Shown here: piece by piece, positions 52,608 to 64,000 of the stretch
Layout of the letters: each line of letters starts with the position of its first letter
How positions within the stretch are numbered: the stretch's first letter is position 1
NCBI RefSeq assembly: GCF_006345805.1
Contig: NC_042998.1
Span: 200,632,001 to 200,696,000 of the forward strand
Origin: Octopus sinensis
Lineage: Eukaryota
Reading direction: 5' to 3'
DNA: 64,000 nt
Notes under the pieces: generated by a model
What the model was told of the DNA's origin: nothing
Seen by the model: the letters and a program-made list of their open reading frames with translations, nothing else
Databases searched by the model: none
Made by a program: the position numbers and the translations under genes

Positions 52608-53386
52608 CACGCATATATGCATATATATGGCTATATACACACATTATCTTTGCGGAGGGTCTGTTTCTGTGTGTGTTTACATAGAAGAATGAATCTGTAA
52701 ATCTATAATACCAGATAAGTTCGAACTAGCTATTTGCTAGTGGGAATATAAGTAATAACAAACGACATTTGGGAATACTATTTTCGCCTCAAGCTATCAA
52801 GTCCTCAGAAGTTTAATGAATTCGTTGTTGTTAAGTATATAAATTATAAATACAAATATATCCTCAAGTTATTTGGCATTATGTACTTAAATCTGAGGCA
52901 TGATGATAAAGTTTTAATATTAATCCTAAGTTTTATATATAGAAAATTTTATTGAAATGCGCATCTCCGGGAATTATATTTCTGATTGTATGGTTATATA
53001 AAATATTCATTCTAAACAAAATATTATAAATAAAAATGTTGAAATTAATGTAAGGCTACAGCAAGTGGAATTCATCTCTCCTATTTTCATTGCTTCGTAA
53101 ACAAAACTCTCATGATATATTGAGGTGTGTTTGGAAAGCTATTTTTCTAGCTCGTTCATCCGCCACATGTTTGAATGCTGAGTCTACATGACGATAAATT
53201 GGTTCCATGATTGACTGTAATACCAGTTTGTCACATTTTTTCAGTTTCTTCGTTATTGATATAAATATCTCTTTTGAGAAACCTCGAGTAATTCCTATAT
53301 CGTAGTATTAGAGACAGACTCTATAGTATTTGAGCATATTAATATAAAACAAGATATAAAGTGCACACAACATCAAACATGTGTAT

Positions 53387-53781
53387 TACTATTTTACTCT
53401 TTTACTTGTTTCAGTCATTTGACCTCGGCCATGCTGGAGCACCGCCTTTAGTCGAGCAAATCGAACCCGGGACTTATTCTTTTTAAGCCCAGTACTTATT
53501 CTATCGGTCTCTTTTGCCGAAACGCAAAGTGACGGGGACGTAAACACATCAGCATCGGTTGTCAAGCAATGCTACGGGGACAAACACAGACAGGCCTATA
53601 TATATATACACATATATACGACAGGCTTCTTTCAGTTTCCGTCTACCAAATCCACTCACAAGTCATTGGTCGGCCCGGGGCTATAGCAGAAGACACTTGC
53701 CCGAGATGCCACGCAATGGGACTGAACCCGGAACCATGTGGTTGGTAAACAAGCTACTTACCACACAGTCACTCCTGCGTC
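53387..53781 (-). mobile_element. SINE family B
   Basis: Full architecture on the minus strand. Confidence 0.93.
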
Positions 53782-54285
53782 TATTGTCAGTATTTAATAT
53801 TTATATGTTATTTGTTGAAGAATAAGTGGAGAGGAACTATGAAGAAAATTGAAGAAACCCAAACTAATACACTGCTAGTGCCTGGTGTTTCATTTAAAAT
53901 TTTCAGATAACGAAAATACCTAAAGTTGTGATGCTGGTGACCAGTGGTAACAACAGACATGCATTGATGTACAAGAACCCGAACAACCTATTTGATTTTT
54001 CTATCTGAACAAAGCAGGAGACGCTGTAGTAGTGGTGAAAAATTGGAAGGCAGATAGATGTACAGTTTTAGAGTGAAAGGCCGTAAAAAGAAGCCATCTG
54101 CATGTCGAATATAGATGAATCGAATTTGTTCAAGATTCAGTGTCTAAAAATACTCCTGACAAATGTCACAAAATAGCAAGTGAACAATGCAGTGTATATG
54201 TATGTGTATATATATGCATGTGTGTATGTATTTATGTCTGTATGTGTGTGTCTCTCTCTCGCTCTCTCTCGCTCTCTCTCTCTCG

Positions 54286-54323
<38 letters not shown>

Positions 54324-56173
54324 GCATCAGTATACGCTTACTCAAATAAAAAAAAATTACATATATTCATAGTGATACAATATATATACGTATACGTTTA
54401 CACACATAACTATACATATATATATATATGGTGATAAATTATAGACGTAAAGTCAAACATGCACAAATATGCCCATAGACACGCATATTTATATATATGT
54501 GGGACAGTTTGGTGTATATACGTATATGTTTTTGTATATGGCCTATTCGTGTGTGTGTATGATCTGTAGTCTTGTGGGGTTTGTCATTTGTAGCTCTTGT
54601 TTAAACCCAAGTCCATAGTCACTGAGTGTTATTAACGAAGCTGTTCAGCCATGACAAGATTTTCTTATTCCAGAAGAGGATGCAGCGAATTTCTGATGCG
54701 TTATTGGGATATCGGATATATCTTATGTATCTGGGATTAGTTTGGAGGGAGGTTTAACTACAATTTTAGAGATGATAAGCTGTCAAATTCAGAGATCCCT
54801 CGTTGCAATGTTGGCACTAGCTGTGCATTGTTAATGCGTAAAGAGAGTTTAGTGTTTAGCGTTAAGTTTAATTAACTTTGGATGGAAGGCTATTGTTTCT
54901 TACTTCTCTATGAAACTAAAATAGCCCTTCTACATTAAACCATCACTTCGCTTTTCTATACTTTGATTTTTGGATGTTTTATGGGAGTTGTGTAAGCCTG
55001 CGTGGAGTAATTTTTAGTGCGTGAAGTATAGTGTTTTTATTTATAAATGAAACTTGTTACGATTAACAGAAATTTCTTGTTTTATCGTATATAAAAAAGA
55101 CATGGGATAAATTATCGTATCCTGCTGGTTGAAACTGGTTACTGCAGATCCTCGCTAGAAGAGACAACAATGCAGTAACTTAAACATAAAATAGGCCCAC
55201 ATGCGTGAAAATTATTTGGAATTTCGGCCATTCTGTCTACTTTAAGAGAATAATACATTTGTCGTCAAAATAATCAGTATACCACTAGAAGAAATATTTA
55301 ACTGACATAGATATCGGTAATGTTTCTGAGTGGGCTTTATATGAAATGTAGGATGATGTAACCTAGACTGCGTAGAATTTGCCAAGGCCAGACGAGCCAA
55401 AGTCGATAACAATAGAAGCTAGATATACGAAGATAAATATAAAATGATCGTAAGTGTTGTTGGTTTGTATTTCCTTTACTAAAAATATTCTAATGAGAAT
55501 TCAACCCAACTTCAATACATGCATATGGTGATAGTCATATGGTGTGTCATATGACTATATTAGAATTATATCATTAAATTAATCAAATGCGGGGACTTCA
55601 GAGAGGAAAGGATTTTTGATAAATATGATCAAATTAGAGATGAAAGTTCCTCCAACAATTCATTAAAATAGACATACTTGAGACATGATTATAGACAACA
55701 GATTTGTTGCGATATTCAGCTAAGCGTAAGGAGTGATAGCTAGATTAATGCTATACAACTGAAAATGTTACTTTTTCAGGAGACGATGTTTGCAGTCGAG
55801 TATTGTGTTACGTTTCGCATTAAAAATATGTAACAAACAGTATTTTCCTACATTTATTTGATGATATATAACACAGGTAACTATTCTCCACGCACAGAAT
55901 TACAGGCAGAGAATGTTACTAATTGTGATATCAACGGATCAACGATCATCGACATCTACTCATTTAATGAATCATTTATTTAACATTTACAACTAAACAC
56001 TCATTTAATGCCATACAAGCATACTTGTGAATATATATATATATGTAGAATCGGATGTATGCCTATAAACATATACATGGACATACATATGTACATGGCA
56101 TAAACGCACATATCTATGAAACATAATCAGGTCTAAATGTGTGTGTATTATTGTGTCTTTATATTATATATTT

Positions 56174-56272
<99 letters not shown>

Positions 56273-56443
56273 ATATATATATGCACACTGACACACGCAT
56301 AATATATATATATATATATTTATATATATATGATTATATGTATATATGCTCACTGACACACACATTAAATATATATATATATATATATACGTATACTATA
56401 TGTCAGTTATATATTATTATATTATATTGTGTGTTTGTGTGAA

Positions 56444-56770
56444 GGTGCAGGTGTGGTTGTGTCGTAAGAAGGTTGCTTCCCACCGGCAATATTCCAGGTT
56501 CAATGCCAGTGCGTTGCACCTTCTGCAAGTGTCTTTTACCATAGCCCCGAGAAGGATAAAAGCCTTGTGATTAGATTAACTAGACAGAAACTGAAAGTGG
56601 CAGTCTTATACATTTACATGCATAATATCTATCTAAATGCATATATTAGTCGCTTACCACCGCTTCTCAACTGGTGCTGGTGAGTTTATGTCCCTGTAAC
56701 CTAGCGGTTCGTCTGAAATTCATAAAGGCATGGCTGCAGTCAAATGATCGAGGCGACTAGAAGATAAAAT
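56444..56770 (+). mobile_element. Degenerate SINE family B-like
   Basis: Eroded head, GCAAGTGTCTTTTACCATAGCCCCGAG, CATGGCTGCAGTCAAATGA. Confidence 0.7.
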
Positions 56771-58944
56771 ATACACATACATATATACGCAAACTCATAT
56801 ATATATAATGCACCCACACATATGCATATACGCTCAGATACACATGCACACACATATACTAATGCGCGCAGGTATGCGAGCTAACATGTTATAGTCAACT
56901 TGTCAGTATGTTGTTATTCACTCTTCCAAAATAGTTAATATTTGCCTGTATAGAATATCAGAGATGTAACGTAAGTCTCATAGAAGAATTTTTTTTCTCT
57001 GTATATTCTAGGTCATAGTATTCATTACAAACGAATTTACGCACCATCAGAGGTAGATTGAATCGATTCGTTTAACACATACTGTTTTCTGTTATCTAGA
57101 CTGGTGCATTATTACCTTAAACAGAGGCCTGGACCCGCAACTCTATGTATTATGTCTTGGCTGACAGAACATTAAAAAAAAAAAATCTCGGAGAAACTGC
57201 TGTATGTGTTCTGCATGGCAGATAGAAAGAAAAAGAAAAAAATAGATCGACCGGTGTTCCAGTAGATTCTACATTGTTGACAATATTTCGTTCAGATCTG
57301 TGTTTATCATCTACATCCCGCCACATTCGATGCCCCTCAAAGTAAAGTTTCAGGCACGGACTAAACCTTTATATGACCTATACCCCTATTATCCGCAGGA
57401 TTACAGTATGCAACACTGTCACATGGTGAACTATTTTCAATTTCTAAACTTTGCATGTAACAGTGAACGGGAAATTTTCCCAGATTATTATCCAAAGGGG
57501 ATTCCATATCTTGCAACACCAGCAGTACTTTACAATATCAGTAGCAATTCACTAAACTTGGAATTGCAATAGCAACAGTTGGACAACGCATAAAGTTCAG
57601 TAACAAGAACATTAAGAAATACAATTTACGTGTTCACGTGCTAGATATTAACAAAGAATATTAGTTTTAAATTTGATAAGTTCACTGATTTACTACAGAT
57701 AAAATAGCAACGTAATGCTAGTCACGGACTGCAAATGCCACATACACCGTTCGAAATAGCTAAACTGCAGCGTAATCAACCATTGAAACATTCTCGGAGA
57801 GTAATGAAGCGGCACTGGAAGTAGACTAGACAATGGATGTGGATAATCGTCGAAGGAGAATTTGTGAGTCTTCTAAATACTTTGCCATAGATACATTCGT
57901 TCTACGCTCTAATGAACAACATGCGCAAAGCTAAATAAATGGCTGAACTATTTCATTCGTCTGACATTTCTCAAGATATTCTGGGATGAATTTCTCACTG
58001 GAATTCTTCATTGATCTTTGCCATTTGGATAACTAAAATTCCATCTAGTTTATTTACTCGCCAAATTTACTATAACACAAAGAAGAAAGAATGACTCGGA
58101 GATTAACTATATCTATCACTGTATTTCTTATTGCTCAAGTACACAGACATCTTTATATATCTCTAGTTCTCATTCCTACCTACATACATACCTAACCTCC
58201 TACCTAGCTACCTACCTAACTATCTACCTACATACATATATAGAAACACACACAAACACATATGTATATAGAAGTATGTTTATATGTGTGTATGTGCATA
58301 TGCGCACACTCGTCTGTGTGTATGTGCTTGTTAGCATAACGTTTCAATTTCATATTGTAGTTTCTATATTGCCTTGAGCAACACTAAGGAAGTCTGCTTT
58401 CAATTCTCGTTTCTGAACCTATTGATCGGAATTCCTGAAGTGAAGTGATTGCATATACGAAACAATTTCAATTATTATATATTTATATATGTCTATCTGC
58501 ATATTACCCTATTTTTCTCACTTTTTCTCACTCACATAAGACACAAACACACACACATACACACATACACAAAAGAAAACACACACACACACACGCACAC
58601 ACAAAAACACTCACGCTCGCAAGAACCTACATAATGTGTTGTACGTTTTGAGTGGTAAAAATCTCAGTGTAATTCTTCAGCAACATTCTGTAGTAATTCT
58701 TGTCTTTCCACTCATTAAGGTTGATATTTAAAGTAGTCATTTGGCGCAGAAATTTCAGTTAACCATCTCTGAGAGGATACATTAGTACGTACTTTCCTAG
58801 ATTTATATCGAACAAAAAGATGAAGGTGGTGAGCATATCAATGCTCATAAGTTTAAGCCTATAAATCACAGAAAATATATATTGTATAAACACACGAAGT
58901 TGATCGCACTAGTCCATATCAATTTTTATTGAAATGTATTTACA

Positions 58945-59245
58945 AACAACGTAAAATATACTAGCCATCTTAATATGGCTAACCACTAGGGGTGGTGGTG
59001 TTACTGTAGCTTTTTAGCCCCAGGAGATCATCGTCTCCAGCTGGCTTTAGACACAATCCTGTGCTCTTTAATGATATTCGCAAAGGGAGGTCATCCCCTC
59101 CCTTTGCGAATATCATTAAAGGGCACAGGATTGTGTCTAAAGCCAGCTGGAGACGATGATCTCCTGGGGCTAAAAAGCTACAGTAACACCCCCACCACAC
59201 CTAGTGGTTAGCCATATTAAGATGGCTAGTATATTTTACGTTGTT
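58945..59245. repeat. 301-bp near-perfect palindrome (arms ~146 bp, 6-nt loop)
   Basis: Left arm 58945-59090, loop TCATCC 59091-59096, right arm 59097-59245. The only differences are one T/C substitution and a small G/T-tract change with a 3-nt indel. Confidence 0.97.
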
Positions 59246-59284
59246 GAGCGCTTACTGTTTACATCTCGCTCAGAGATTTATTAT

Positions 59285-59665
59285 TGCTTATTTACAAACA
59301 AAAGTTACAATAATTTACACAGTTCACAGACAAAACTCTGACGTTTTTGACTGTTAATTCTACTCTTTCTATTTACCCGAAGACAAATGCTGCAAACTCC
59401 TCATGAGTGACCTTTTTGTCTTTTGGATACTGAAATTATGTCTTCAGGTTCTTCATCACCAAGAAGTTCTTCAGAATTTGAGAAATTCGTAACTAGATTG
59501 GTGTTTCCACTTCTGTTTGAAATGTGGGTGCTTCTTAATATATAACGAAAACGATTGTATGCTGCTGTATCAATGAGGTTGAAAAACACTGCCACTGATC
59601 ACCTTCGTGTGGCTCGTTTCAACGAATCGCAGCTAATCAGTTGGACAAATGCGTTCTCGAACACT
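59285..59665 (-). pseudogene. piggyBac-family transposase C-terminal relic
   Basis: Minus strand KRATRR*SVAVFFNLIDTAAYN (cf. the piggyBac RRWP.AVFF..LD.A..NA pattern), then VCSICLRVNRKSRINSQKRQSFVCELC, an eroded Cys-rich tail. Confidence 0.7.
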
Positions 59666-59869
59666 GAAAAAAAGTTCTCGAACACTGAAAAAAAATAATA
59701 ACCGAGAACATGTTTCTCGATGCAAATTTATTATTGTTTCTGCTACAAAAATAGGGCACACGATTGACAGGACCATAGCGGTCCATTCAATGATTACCTG
59801 GAAATTAAAAGAAAAAATTAAAGCCCAAAATCTAATTGAAAACACAAAGCCCCAAAATCTTGATGGTGA

Positions 59870-60027
59870 TAATGATGATGATGAGGAGGATGATAATAAT
59901 AATAATAATAGTAGTAGTCGTAGTAGTAGTAGTAGTAGTCGTAGTAGTAGTAGTAGCAGCAGCAGCAGTAGTAGTAGTAGTAGTAATAGTAGTAGTAGTA
60001 GTAATAATAATAATAATAATAATAATA
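59870..60027. repeat. (GAT)/(AGT)/(AAT)n compound microsatellite
   Basis: Direct reading. Confidence 0.93.
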
Positions 60028-60930
60028 AAAGGAAACAGGTGGACTGTCCTTATGGGGTCATAATGATACATCTAGTGATGGTGTCACAATAAAAACACTG
60101 ATAATTACGTAACCTTATAATAGCTACCTCATATGAGTGACAATGAAAAAACAAAATATTGTGAATAACGGTGGTAATGAAACTAAAGACAATGATGATG
60201 ACAGTGTTACACCCGGTAGGCTCAGAGATTCTGGTCCGGCTCCATCCTGTCGATATCCAGAAAGGAAAGACCATACACGGCGTAGATGGAGCAAACAAAT
60301 TAATGCTGTGGTCATGGGGGTGTTACTACCTGAGCAACCCGGTAGATAAAAATGGTGCTCAAATTAGGGGTTACCGGCTACGTATGTATGATCATTGGTG
60401 AAAAAAGCATTGTTTCAACTCACGGAACATAGACTATGTGATCAAGCTAGAGAAATAAGAAAAAATATGGAAACGAGCAGCATTGATAAGAATGAAAATA
60501 CAGTGCTTACTAATAAGAGTAATCTCATAGCACAGGAAAGGAGCAGTAGTAGCTTACTTGAGGAGAGACATATAGATGATCTAAAAGAAGACAATAAATC
60601 TAACAACGACATGACAAATTAACAAAAGGCAATCGACGACAGAATAAAGGCAAGACTACAGGAGAACGATAGCGGCATTGTTTGCAACCTTTAAAATGTT
60701 GATCGATGGAAATTGAACCAAGAAAAGAAAAATGTTAATGAAAGTCTGAAATACATCAGAACAAACAACATTACAGAATCAAGTAATTTGATCAAGGCAG
60801 CAGGTATTGTAGCAGAAAATGTGGGTGTTGATGTCAAAAATAAAAAGAAACATATTGGGAGTCACAAAAGAAACAGTCCATGGTGGAAAAGAAGAATCCA
60901 GGCAGGGTTAGACATGCACTTCGAGACATG
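60028..60930 (+). mobile_element. R4/Dong-clade LINE 5' portion (5' UTR + N-terminal domain), 3'-truncated
   Basis: RRRWSKQINAVVMGCYYLSNP..RGYRLRMYDHW..TEHRLCDQAREIRKN and SPWWKRRIQ, typical of the R4/Dong N-terminus; starts directly after (TAA)n. Confidence 0.8.
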
Positions 60931-60934
60931 AATC

Positions 60935-61409
60935 GACATGTAGCAGATTTCTTCGTTTTTCTTCTCTTCTTTCCTGGATTTTTTGCATTGATGTAGCAAG
61001 CATTTTTCTTCTCCTTTTTCTTTTTCCGGGGAGTGGTTTCAATTTCTTTTTGTTCTGGACAAGAGACCACTCTTCCACTTCTGGCATTATGACGCTTGTG
61101 ACGACGTCGCTGGTTCAGACTCCTTCTCCGACACTTTTTTTTCTTTCTGCTTCTTTCGGTTTGCAGTCTACACTGAGGTGGTCCTTTTTTCCACACTGGA
61201 AGCATCGAGGCTGGCGACCTTCTACCATCACTATCAGACAGGTCTCACCAACCATGATGATTTCGTTATTTCTTCCAGCGTTAACTGCTCTGCCTGTATA
61301 ATTAACCGCATGCTTTGGTGGTGACAGTTGCGTGTCTCGATCACGGCAGCGTCTAGAACTGTAATTTTTCCTCCAGGCCTATTCTCACTGCTGCTACGAG
61401 CCACACTGG
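60935..61409 (-). mobile_element. L1/Tx1-like ORF1 fragment with CCHC zinc knuckle
   Basis: ATG-less minus frame VMVEGRQPRCFQCGKKDHLSVDC; CX2CX4HX4C at 61163-61204, followed by a basic low-complexity region. Confidence 0.65.
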
Positions 61410-61435
61410 CTCTTAACGACTTCGCCATACGCCCA

Positions 61436-61695
61436 TGGGCATATGGCGTAGTGGGTAAGAGTGAGGGCTACTAGCCCCAAGATCCCAAGTTCGATTCCAA
61501 TCAGTGACCTGAATGATAATAATATTAATAAGAATAATAACAACAACAACAATAATAATAATAATAATAACAACAACAACAACATCGAAAGATATCTTAG
61601 GAATGAGAACTCAGGTTCGAAAATTCCCCAAGGCATCTGACGAAGGCTGGAGGGTATATCAACCCAAACGTTCTGTTACCAACAAGCAAGATGGT
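61436..61695 (+). mobile_element. tRNA-headed SINE (family D) fused via (AAT)n to the family H1 hammerhead module
   Basis: A-box TGGCGTAGTGG 61444-61454; B-box GTTCGATTCC 61489-61498; (AAT/AAC)n 61510-61583; H1 module from 61597 with CUGACGA at 61637. Confidence 0.8.
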
Positions 61696-62807
61696 GGAGT
61701 TGTTATGAATTTCAGTTTTCACGTGCTACATGTATATATTTATATATATATATATACTTAAATTTAGGTCTAAATAAAGCTACCGTGGTATGTAAAGTGT
61801 CTTATTCAAATTTACAATTTAACAAATAAACCAGTTGCTAATTTAGGTTGGAGTTATCGACATAAATGTCGGAGGAAATGTTCAAATAGAAATTTTAAAC
61901 GGGTTTCCAAGCTTGCCCGTCTGATATTGACGGTGCCATCTTGAATGTATGATCTTGAATGCGCCATATTGAACGTATGTGTATATGTATGTACGCATGC
62001 ATGCGTTAATGCATGTATGAATGTATTATGTATGTATGCATGCATGAATATATGCATACATGCATGTATGTATGTATATACGCTACGCTTTTATTCAGTC
62101 GATCATTGTAGAGCGTGTTTTGTAATTAGATTACTTTTCACTCATGTTTAAATGTAATTATGAACAAGTCAATTATTTTTTACTTTTGTTTGCTGCAAAT
62201 GGTAACAGTGATTAAACTTTGGTAAAGTATGTCATTTGATGCTCCGGGTTCTGAAAGTGTGCTTATCTCTTACGCATTTGTCAACAATTCAGCCGTTGTA
62301 TTAATTGTTTAAACCAAATTCACCCCTGATGTATTTCCTCCAACGTGATCTATTTTAAAGAGGTTGATCTACATATCTGGAGAGGTGTGGCTTTAATTCA
62401 GCCGAGAACGCGATCTCATAGTAGCTCGCCTGTTTGCCACTTCTTCAGTTTGTTACGATTAAAATCGTAGTGTTTCTCAACATTTATGTTATATTCTTTC
62501 AAGGAAAGGCAAGTGTGTCAATAGCAAACTCGTTGATGCTTGAATTATTGTTTTGACACAATACACTATGCATTGGTATTAAATAATAAAGAAAATTAAA
62601 TATAATGTGATATTTACGCTTTTTCAATGCATAATAGGATACATCTACGGACGTTATTTACTGGGATAATTTCCACATATATACATGCTCGCATAGACAC
62701 ACACAGTCGCGCGCGCACACACAACACACACAGACATATAAACATTACGAGGTATATTTCATTATAGTAATAGTTACGCAAGCATACGTATATGTTTGTG
62801 TGTGCGC

Positions 62808-62935
<128 letters not shown>

Positions 62936-62999
62936 TATATATATACATATATAGACATATATATATACACACCCACACACACACATATATATATATATT

Positions 63000-63384
63000 C
63001 TCTTTTACACTATTACTTGTTTCAGTCATTTGACTTTGGCCATGCTAGAGCACCGACGTTAGTCGAGCAAATCGACCTCAGGACTTATTCCTTGTAAGCG
63101 TAGTACTTATTCTGTCGGTTTCTTTTGCCGAACCGCTAAATTACGGGGACGTAAACACACCAGCATCGGTTGTCAACAAACACAGATACACAAACACACA
63201 CACATATATATAAAAATATACATATATACGACGGGCATCTTTCAGTTACGGAATCCACTCACAAGGTTTTGTCGGTCCGAGGCTATAGTACAAGACACTT
63301 GCCCAAGGTGCCACGCAGTAGGACTGAAACCCAGAACCATGTGGTTTGTAAGCAAGCTACTTACCACACAGCCACTCCTACGCC
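63000..63384 (-). mobile_element. SINE family B
   Basis: Full architecture on the minus strand. Confidence 0.92.
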
Positions 63385-64000
63385 ATATAATATATATTAT
63401 ATAATTCAGTTTTGGGGATTAATTGATATGCGGGTATTCAATTTCAGATAATTAAAAAAAAATAGCCCAAGGAGTATATCTGAAGGTATATTTATATTTT
63501 ATATCTTATACTTTATATTTGACGTTATATACTTGACTGTATAAGTTTGATATATGTTTAGTTATTCATCTTTATAATGCATAATCTATGATTTATAATT
63601 TTTAACTTTATGAAGTATAATTTTTAATTTTTAATGTTTAATTTAATGTTTAATTTCACACTTAATTTTAAGGTGATGTAAAATTAGATTAACAATATTT
63701 TGAAAAAAGAACCTGAAGATGTGTTGATAGAATTATAAATATATTGATTGCATATATGTATATATATTATATATATATATATATATATGCATAAGTATAT
63801 GCAATTCATAATTTCATTCTTAATTTAAATAAGAGATAATTAAAGAAGTATATTTTATACCCTGCTGGTATACTGTTTATACCCTTTAAAGTATTTCATG
63901 ATGTGCCAATAGATACAATGAGTTTACCTTCATTAGGTTATTTTTTGTATTATCTGAAATAGAGTACCCGCATATCTATTTATCCCCAAAACTGAATTAT

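Noticed and set aside
57300-57572. 90-aa ORF with YP.D..QHC resembling a Cys-loop receptor motif
   Set aside because: First cysteine and spacing are absent; no supporting neighbouring exons.
58983-58997. CTCF-like CCACTAGGGG in the palindrome arms
   Set aside because: Only a partial match; the 3' GGC part of the consensus is missing.
61436-61510. tRNA gene (also the heads at 40752 and of SINE families A and B)
   Set aside because: A/B boxes are present but there is no complete cloverleaf or acceptor stem; each continues into a SINE body.

Overview
This is an AT-rich, repeat-dominated eukaryotic window. The SINE families and microsatellite load suggest an Octopus (coleoid cephalopod) genome, which is my inference from recognising the repeats. 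I find no intact protein-coding gene, rRNA, tRNA gene or CRISPR array. Nearly all ORFs in the track are microsatellite or SINE translations. Supported content: (1) more than 20 tRNA-derived SINE copies from four families; (2) five fragments of R4/Dong-clade RLE-type LINEs, most bounded by (TAA)n; (3) four Tc1/mariner relics, one of them full-length (1292 bp) with TIRs and TA TSD; (4) a piggyBac C-terminal relic; (5) a 403-bp non-autonomous Helitron; (6) L1/Tx1-like fragments (3' UTR and an ORF1 zinc knuckle); (7) a 301-bp near-perfect palindrome. The most striking signal is six minimal hammerhead-ribozyme-like motifs of the Penelope type (five near-complete, one 5'-truncated). Three belong to one family that, in one copy, sits behind a tRNA-type Pol III head, and all three carry inverted duplications at their 5' junction. 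The other three sit in short modules abutting (TA)n arrays. A second pattern is that the commonest SINE appears to insert repeatedly at fixed positions in its own head. All coordinates were read by eye; ends of decayed elements are approximate.
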